A stretch of DNA of 64,000 nt from Dendrobates tinctorius (lineage: Eukaryota), in contig NW_027361671.1 of assembly GCF_039654945.1 (NCBI RefSeq), forward strand, positions 98,766,001 to 98,830,000. The letters run 5' to 3'. Of this stretch, positions 55,948-64,000 are shown one piece after another. Position 1 is the stretch's first letter. The number at the start of each line of letters is the position of its first letter. A program made the translations under genes and the position numbers. Below the pieces are notes generated by a model, which was not told the DNA's origin, made no database searches, and saw only the letters and a program-made list of their open reading frames with translations.

Positions 55948-57174
55948 TTATAAAAAAAAATTTGCACAACTACAATTGTAAAAATATGGATCTTTTTCAT
56001 TTACACGGTGCCTAGGCGGAGTTAAATAAAAAGGTGCAGGAACATGGCCTTGGTTCGGCGGATGCTCCCTCCACATTGTAGGCTCTGGAGTCTCAGGATT
56101 CTGCGGCCAAGCGTTTTGGGGGTACTGACGTCTGTCCATGAACGCTGTTGTGTCTGTAAGTTTCCCCATTGCGGCTTCAATCAAAACTTGTAGCATAAGC
56201 CTTTCTGCATGGAGACTCTGAACTGGGTCTAGTGTTGGCAGTTTTTCATTTGCATAGAACGCAAAGCCGGTCAGGTTCTGAGGTGTAGTTAAAACTTTTT
56301 TTGCCAGTTCAATAAATTGTGGTGTCTCCGAGGTGGGGGCCTTCCTTTTGCGCCCGGAAAATGTCAGTTGCCTCGGCACAGAGGCGGATGGTGCAGATGG
56401 GGATGGTGTCTCTGTTTCCTCCTCTTGCGCCGTAGTTGCGAAGCTGTGTTGCTCTGGCGTGATTATGGGTGTAGAAATGCCAGCCTCTTCTGTGTCCTAT
56501 GGGAACAGAAAATACATGTTACATCACAAGCAAAAGAAATATACCTTCACAGTGTAACAGCCAAATACAGCTACAAGTTTGATAAAGGGGGTTGTATCAA
56601 TGGTTATTATATGTCCTTCAACGGTATGTCAAATAGGTAGGCATCTAACGTAAAGCTAGATCAATTATCAATAGGTTAAGGGATAACGTCTGCTATTGTG
56701 TCAATGTTTCCTTAATTATTCACAAATTCTATTCCTAATGGCCACGTACATTACTATGAGTTGTACAATTAAGGTACTTACATCACCGACAGGGGAGTCA
56801 TGCTGGATCAATGGGTCTGGGGCCAAGATAGATGCCATTTTTCTTGGTACTTCTTGGTCCCTTGTGAAACAGAGAAGTTCGAAGTACCAAAGTTGCGGCA
56901 CATAAACATCCTCCGACCCCGCTCCTGACTTGCTTGAATTCTCGACTTTGTTCACTTCTTTTCGGTACACTGTGCGTATGGCCTGAATCCTTTTTTTAAC
57001 CGATGCTTCATCCGCTGGCTCATTGGGGTAATGTTGTTTTGAAAGGTCGACGAGTTTTTGGTAGGCCTCCTTTTTAAGTCGGTTACTATAATCAGCCGAC
57101 TTTATTCTCCATAAGCATGGCATCGTGCGGTACATCTCTATGAAGTCCCGCAGGAATTCGTGCTTATCAGCCAT
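55948..57174 (-). CDS. MADF-domain protein of the outer Harbinger, predicted 313 aa
   Basis: Exons 57174-56782 and 56496-55948 (phase 0, GT-AG). FIEMYRTMPCLWRIKSADYSNR..KEAYQKL...VKKRIQAIRTVYRKE...KSGAGSEDVYVPQLWYFELLCF; RKRK basic motif; BESS-like helical segment. Confidence 0.85.
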
Positions 57175-59067
57175 CTGTAATAATGAAAGGATAATGTTAA
57201 AATGGCACAATACTACTAGAAACATTTGTTTTATTAAAAATTATGATAAATTAAAATGCGTACATTACCAACAACTTATAACACAGCTAGGATCATAAAA
57301 TGGCGGAGGTGGGCACGGCTGAAACTAAAATGGCTGCCTGCCATTAACATGGCCCAACAACACAGTAATGGTGGGCGCGGCAGAAAAAAAAAGGTCCAAG
57401 ATAGATGTGATAGCGGAGGGCGGTGGAAGGAAAACTACCAAGGCTGCTGTTTATTAAACAGATATAAATATAAATATTAAACATAACATGTAATTCAAAA
57501 ATTTTAATGACACGAAAAAATGTTAAAATAATAAAAATAAGTGCCTACCTTACAAGACTGTATGGAGATCCTGATGGAATCAATGAATCGAGGGCAAACG
57601 CAGCAGCGCCACACAATGGATCTCAGGTCATGAATCGCAGAAGGCTGGCAGGACGCAATAAAGTAACCACAGCGCTCAAGAACAATGAAAGGGAGCGCTA
57701 TTGCGTCGTCCTTTATTACTCAATCGTCCAATCACAAAGCGAGAGCTGTGACATCAACAGTCATGCCATACCGTGCCATATAGTGATGACCAATCTGGGT
57801 TGAGGGGAGTGGAAAATGATGCGCTCAATCATGCCTATCTAGGTCGGGGTCTTTAACAATACATGCTGTGTGACAGGTCCCAACGACCCCAGAGGTCGTT
57901 ATACAGATCGCTGATGTGTCGTTTATGAGATCTTCCTGTTTGGAAGCTAACTAACGATCATATAGCGATGTTCTAACGATCTCTCCCAGGTCGTGTCGTT
58001 GTCGTGATCGCTGGTGTGATCGTTTAGTGTGACAGTACCTTTAGTATGTCCTGAAGAAGGATAGTACAGCTGCCATGGATTCCCTGCAGGTTTCCTCCAC
58101 TGGGGTTTTTTCCTGCCCTGAGCGTCGCTGTATCCTCGTGAGTGATGCGAGGTAACAAACATAAACATATAACACATACACACAAATATAATAAATTTCA
58201 TTTAGTTTGTCATTCCTTTCTTTATCTGAGTCTTCTCTTGTGTAGAAGCAATGTTCTGAGAGCTGTGTCATGGTTTTGCAATAATATCATCCTTTCTGAC
58301 TATCACTGGAGAACATACTGATACTTTGTATGAGGTGGGTCTATGCTCCATAGACGTTGGGAGAGGCAACAGCAAAACTGAAGAGAAAACAAAGGAAAGT
58401 ACATACTAATAATATATTTTCTTGTATTTATATAGCACCAACATATTCCTCAGCACTTCATAATTCAACCGGTATATTAAAAGCATTTATTGCTTGTAGA
58501 ACCTCTCTGTTATGCCCAAACTACGGGCAGCAGGAAATACAGACCGCCTCCCTCATTACAGAAAGTTGTGTTAGGCCGGGATCACACTACCGTGTGTCAT
58601 GCGAGAAACTCGCACAAGTCTCTCGCATCAACACCCAGCGCAGCCGACGGCACTCAGGACCGGATCTGCGGCTGCATGTATTTCTATGCAGTCGCAGCTC
58701 TGGTCCTGGGTGCCGGTGCGCCAGGTGTTGTTGCGAGAGACTCGTGCCTTACTCTGATATCCTGTGGCGCAGAGAGAGGGGTCTGCTAGAAGGCTCCTTC
58801 GGTTTCTTCTATCCCTTTATGTAAATATGAAGAAAGCATTCCCATAGAATCATATAATGTGTAACATTAACGCCGGCGCCCCTGCATGACTCCCCTTCCA
58901 TGCAGGGACGCCGACATACCGCCCCGGCCGTGAGGCGTATTCTCCGGTGTGCTCTTTTTGTTTGTTTCCGTGTCCTGGCAACGTGCGCGCACTCCCTTGT
59001 TCTTAAAGGGGCAGCGTGCACTTGCTAAAGATGCCCCGAGCCAACAGCTGGAAGGCATCTAGTAGAA

Positions 59068-60428
59068 TGTAACGGGCTAGGTGGTGGAACCACTGTGCCA
59101 AAGCCCAAAGAAGAGCCTCACCCAATCTGACCACGGACACGCAGCAGCTAACGACACCGCAGTCCGTGGAGAGACAAGGGAGGTGATCCAGGTGCTTCTC
59201 CAGGACTGACCTTGGGGAGATGGCTGCTGACCCCTAGGAGCGGATAGCTGGAAGGCCCAGGGGAATGTCAAACAGATGCAGGCAAGTACAGAAGATGACA
59301 GGGACCGCAGGTGTATACGGAACAGTCTGACCGGGAGATGAGCACTGGTGGGTGCAGCTGGCTCTGCTACAATTGAGGTGAGCACTAGCGGGTGCAGCTG
59401 GCTCTACTGCCATTGAAGTGAGCACTGGCGGGGCAGCTGACTCGGATGACGTTGAAGTGAGCAGCTAGCTGAGATGCTAGTACAGTGACCTGAGAACTGA
59501 CAAGCTTGTTAGCAACAAACTCACAACATTGCACAGGCCCTCCATGTTGGAGGAGGCGGTTTAAATAGTAAGAGACCTCCAGCTATTGGTTGGGGACACT
59601 TTAGAGGAACGCGTGCAGCCCCATTAAGAAAGAGGAAGTGTGCGCCTGCTCTAAGCACAGTGCCTGGAGACCTGCTAGGAGTGCGTGCACCCCGGGCAGC
59701 AGCATACCCGGAAGGAGCAGGACGGGAGCCTTAGCAGTGAGTACGCTGATGTCTCTGCAGGGAGAAAGGGACTGCAGACAGAGATGTGGGCGCTACATAG
59801 AAGAGGCACCCTCCACAGTAGTTATCTAAGCAAAATTCAGTAATTAGTGAGTGAAGTGTGCTACTACTGAGTTGTTAGGACCCCTGTCCTTGTGTGGCTA
59901 GGTCCTGAACCCAAACTCTTGGTCCATGTGTCGCCAAGTGCCCGAACCTGCTCCCCTGGTCAGTGTGTGGCCAGTTACTGAACCTTGATGACTGGTCCAT
60001 GTGTGGACAGGGCCTGAACCTTGTCCCCTGGTCCGAGTGTGGTCAGCGGCTGAACCTCATCCCCTGGTCTGTGTGTAGCCAGTGCCTGAACCTTGTCCCG
60101 TGGTCCATGTGTAGCAAGAGGCTGAACATGTACTCCGAATGTCCGGACTGCTAAAACCAGTCTGTGACTCTTTGTTGGTATCTGTCCTGCCTGAGGGACT
60201 AGTCTCTACGGAGCTCATGTCCATGTGTGTGAACCTGACCCCTCAGCATCTTCATTACCGAGTACTGCCTAGGAGTGGTATCCAGCGGCTACTGCATCTA
60301 AAGCCTGACTCAACCTTCAGAAGCTGCAGTGAACACCAGGTAGCCAGTTAGCTACACCCCTCCTAGGTATGCTCGACCCCGTGTCACAGTGGGTCCATGA
60401 ACCACGTGCGCCACCAACGTGCGTGACA
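59068..60428. mobile_element. LTR-like remnant with internal ~39 bp repeats
   Basis: tgtaacg...cgtgaca termini with related inverted segments; no matching TSD found. Confidence 0.4.
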
Positions 60429-61184
60429 TACTGTAGAGTTTACTGTATAAATTTTCAACAAAATACAATTATATAGCTACTCTGTTTCATATGTTTTATA
60501 TCAAAGTAGTCTTTTGATATTACAGATGTTTACGTTGTGCACTTACACTGTGAATGTCTTGTACCATGCATAATACTATGTACTTTAGATGTGTTGTATG
60601 CCTTGTACTGAGTACTTTCATTTTTGCTATAGTTTTACACTGATCCTATCAATAAAAGTTGTAAAGGACACCCTGCGTCTACCTCAATGCATCGATAGGA
60701 AAGAGTTTAGCTGTCTGTCAACTCGCTTTTCTTAAGCACAAAGTTGAGGGTGCCAGAACAAAAAGGGTTGATTCAAATTGTAATATTTTATTTTTTCATA
60801 TTTTTAAAAACATATATTTTTTACTTTATTTTCTTAGCCCCTTTAGGGGACTTCAAACAAACTTGAGATTATTCTACAATGGAGGCCCTGCACTCTCCCT
60901 GTGCATCCCGACGCATTTCCTCAACATTCGACTTTTCAGGGGACCTATAGCACACATGGGCAAATTCATATCAATGTAGATAGGTAGGACAACTCCTAGG
61001 CTATTCCTGTACAAGCTGACACATGGGCAGACACTGTTGGGTCAAGCCCTACCATCCCAATACTCTAAAATAATTCCAAATGAGTTTATTAACTAGAGAA
61101 ATACAGCTACTACAGCAGCAGTCAGAGACCCAGGGGAAACTTTGTTTAAACAAGTGACATAACACAAGCTGTGCAAGAGTTTAA

Positions 61185-64000
61185 CCCCTTTCTGCGATAT
61201 GACGTACTATCCCGTCCATGTGCCCTGGGACTTAATTCCCAGGGACGGGATAGTACGTCATAGCAATCAGCGGCGCTCACGTGGTGAGCGCCGCTGATCG
61301 TGGCCGGGTGTCAGCTGATTATCACAGCTGACACCCGGCACTATGTGTCAGGGGCGGTCACGGACCGCCCCCGACAAGTTAACCCATGGCACACTGCGAT
61401 CAAACACGATTGCAGTGTACCGGGGGTTTAGGGAAGCATCGGGAGGGAGGGGGGCTCCCTCTGTGCTTCCCTGCGACCCCCGCAGCAGCGCAATGTGCAG
61501 CGCCTCTGCGGGGGTCTCCTTCCCTGCAGGTCCCCGGATCCAAAATGGCGGCGGGGGCCAGCTGGGAGCCGGCTTCCTCAGTGCCTGCAAAGCGCAGGCA
61601 CAAGGAAGCCTTCTGTACTGCCTGTGATGACAGTTATGTCCCCCCTGGGACATTGTAATAAAGTGAAAAAAAAAAAGTGTAAAAATAATTTCTAAAAAAT
61701 CGCTAAATAAATTTAAAAAAAAATATTCCCTAATAAATTCATTTTTTGGAAATAAAAAAAAAACAAAAGTACACACATTTGGTATCGCTGCGTCTGTAAC
61801 GACCCGCCCTATAAAACTGTCCAATTAGTTAACCCCCTTAGCGAACCCCTTAAAAAATAAAAAATAAAGCAAAAAATAAAGCTTTATCATCAAACCGCCG
61901 AACAAAAAGTGCAATAACGCGCGATCAAAAAGACGCATATAAATATGCATGGTACCGCTGAAAATGTCATCTTGTCCTGCAAAAAACGAGACACCACACA
62001 GCATCATCAGCGAAAAAATAAAAAAGTTATAGCTTGCAGAATAAAGCGATGCAAAAAGAATTATTTTTTATATAAAATTGTTTTCATTGCATAAAAGCGC
62101 CAAAACATAAAAAGTGACATAAAAGAGGTATCGCTGTAACCGTACTGACCCAAATAAAACCGCCTTATCAATTTTACCGCACGCGGAACGGTGTAAACGC
62201 ACCCCCCAAAAGAAATTCTTGAAATGCTGGTTTTTGTTCATTCTGCATCCAAAAAATCGGAATAAAAAGCGATCAAAAAATGTCACGTGCCCGAAAATGG
62301 TACCAATAAAAACGTCAACTCGTCCCGCAAAAAATAAGACCTCACATGACTCGGTGGGTCAATATATGGAAAAATTATAGCTCTCAAAATGTGGTGATGC
62401 AAAAACTTTTTACAATAAAAAGCGTCTTTCAGCGTGACAGCTGCCAAAAATAAAAACCCGCCATAAATAGTAAATCAAACCCCCCTTTACCACCCCCTTA
62501 GTTAGGGAAAAATAATAAAATTTAAAAAATGTATTTATTTCCATTTTCACATTAGGGTTAGGACTAGGGTTAGAGTTAGGGCTAGGGGTAAGGGTTAGGG
62601 CTAGGGTTAGGGCTGAGATTAGGGTTAGGGGTGTTGGGGTTAGGGTTGGAGTTAGAATTGGGGGGTTTCCACTGTTTGGGCACAATAGGTGCTCTCCAAA
62701 CGCAACATGGCGTCTGATCTCAATTCCTGTCAATTCTGCGTTGAAAAAGTCAAATGGTGCTCCTTCCGTTCCAAGCTCTGCCATGTGCCCAAACAGTGTT
62801 TTACCCCCACATATGGGAAGATAAAAAAATTGGGAACTGAAAGATCATGTTTGAGGAAAAAAATATGATTTTTTTATTTTCACGCCCGGGTGTTATAAAC
62901 GTCTGTGAAGCCTTTGAGGGTTCAAAGTGCTCACCACACATCTAGATAAGTTCCTTTGGGGGTCTAGTTTCCAAAATGGGGTCACTTGTGGGGGGTTTCC
63001 ACTGTTTAGGTACATCAGGGGCTCTTCAAAGGCAACATGACACCCGCAGACCATTCCATCAAAGTCTGCATTCCAAAACGTCACTACTTCCCTTCCGAGC
63101 CATGACGTGTGCCTATACAGTAGTTTTCTCCCACATATATTGTATAAGCGTACTCAGGACAAATTGGACAACAACTTTTTGGGTCCAACTTCTCCTGTTA
63201 CCATTGGGAAAATAAAAAAATTGGGGACTAAAAGATGTTTGTGGAAAAAATATGATTTTTTTTATTTTCACGCCCGGGCGTTATAAACTTCTGTGACGCC
63301 CTTGGGGGTTCAAAGTGCTCACCACACATCTAGATAAGTTCCTTGGGGGGTCTAGTTTCCAAAATGGTGTCATTTCTGGGGGGTTTCCACTGTTTAGGCA
63401 CATCAGGGGCTTTCCAAACGCGGCATGGCGTCCAATCCCAATTCCAGCCAAAAAAGTCAAATTGCGCTGCTTCCCTTCCGAGCTCTGCCATGCGCCCAAA
63501 TAGGGGTTTACCCCCACATATGGGGTATCAGCGTACTCAGGACAAATTGCACAATAGCTTTTGGGGGCCTGTTACCCTTGAAAAAATAAAAATTGAGGGT
63601 GAAAAGATCATTTTTGTGGAAAAAATATGATTTTTTAATTGTACGGCTGTACGTTATAAACTTTTGTGAAGCCCTTGTGGGTTCAAAGTACTCACCACAT
63701 ATCTAGATAAGTTCCTTGGGGGGTATAGCTTCCAAAATGGGGTTACTTGTGGGGGGTTTCCACTGTTTAGGCACATCAGGGGCTCTCCAAACGTGACATG
63801 GCGTCCGATCTGAATTCCAGCCAATTTTGCATTGAAAAAGTCAAACGGCGCTCCTTCCCTTCTGAGCTCTGCCATGCGCCGAAACAATGGTTCCCCCCCA
63901 CCCCACATATCAGGTATCAGCGTACTCAGGAGAAATTGCACAATAACTTTTGCTGTCTAATTTCTCCTGCTACCCTTGGTAAAATAAAAAAAATTGGACC
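61185..64000 (+). mobile_element. Non-autonomous TTAA (piggyBac-like) element running off the window
   Basis: TTAA|cccctt start, telomere-like tract at 62552-62655, and ~390 bp repeats homologous to 44070-45135. Confidence 0.78.

Larger units (their letters stand above)
42512..58040 (+). mobile_element. Outer PIF/Harbinger transposon with three genes and nested insertions
   Basis: TTA|aggNNNtgtcacactaaRcga at both ends (42512, and reverse complement ending at 58040), direct TTA flanks, CGAT/ATCGCT-rich subterminal regions. About 6.06 kb remains after removing nested elements. Confidence 0.8.

Overview
Vertebrate genomic DNA, most likely a frog (inferred from the repeat families and the short RPL6 N-terminus), with assembly gaps at 29244-29372 and 29430-29857. 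There are two host genes arranged head-to-head around a compact CpG-rich promoter at about 28.1-28.7 kb. PTPN11/SHP2 lies on the minus strand (coding exons 1-4; the rest is left of the window). RPL6 is complete on the plus strand (259 aa, with a GC-AG intron). Almost everything else is transposon-derived: DIRS, L2, Penelope, several Tc1 relics, a solo LTR, piggyBac-like and Kolobok-like TTAA elements, hAT and Harbinger MITEs, and minisatellites. The main result is a 15.5 kb nested PIF/Harbinger structure at 42512-58040. Removing three nested insertions reconstructs a ~6.1 kb Harbinger with three genes instead of the usual two: a DDE transposase, a MADF protein, and an extra spliced Myb/SANT-like protein. 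A second 6.3 kb Harbinger that appears intact and autonomous sits in the first intron of the extra gene. It encodes a transposase and a 639 aa MADF/polyQ protein, and one intron of the latter is a frame-preserving hairpin array. All exon models were derived by hand and no database searches were run.
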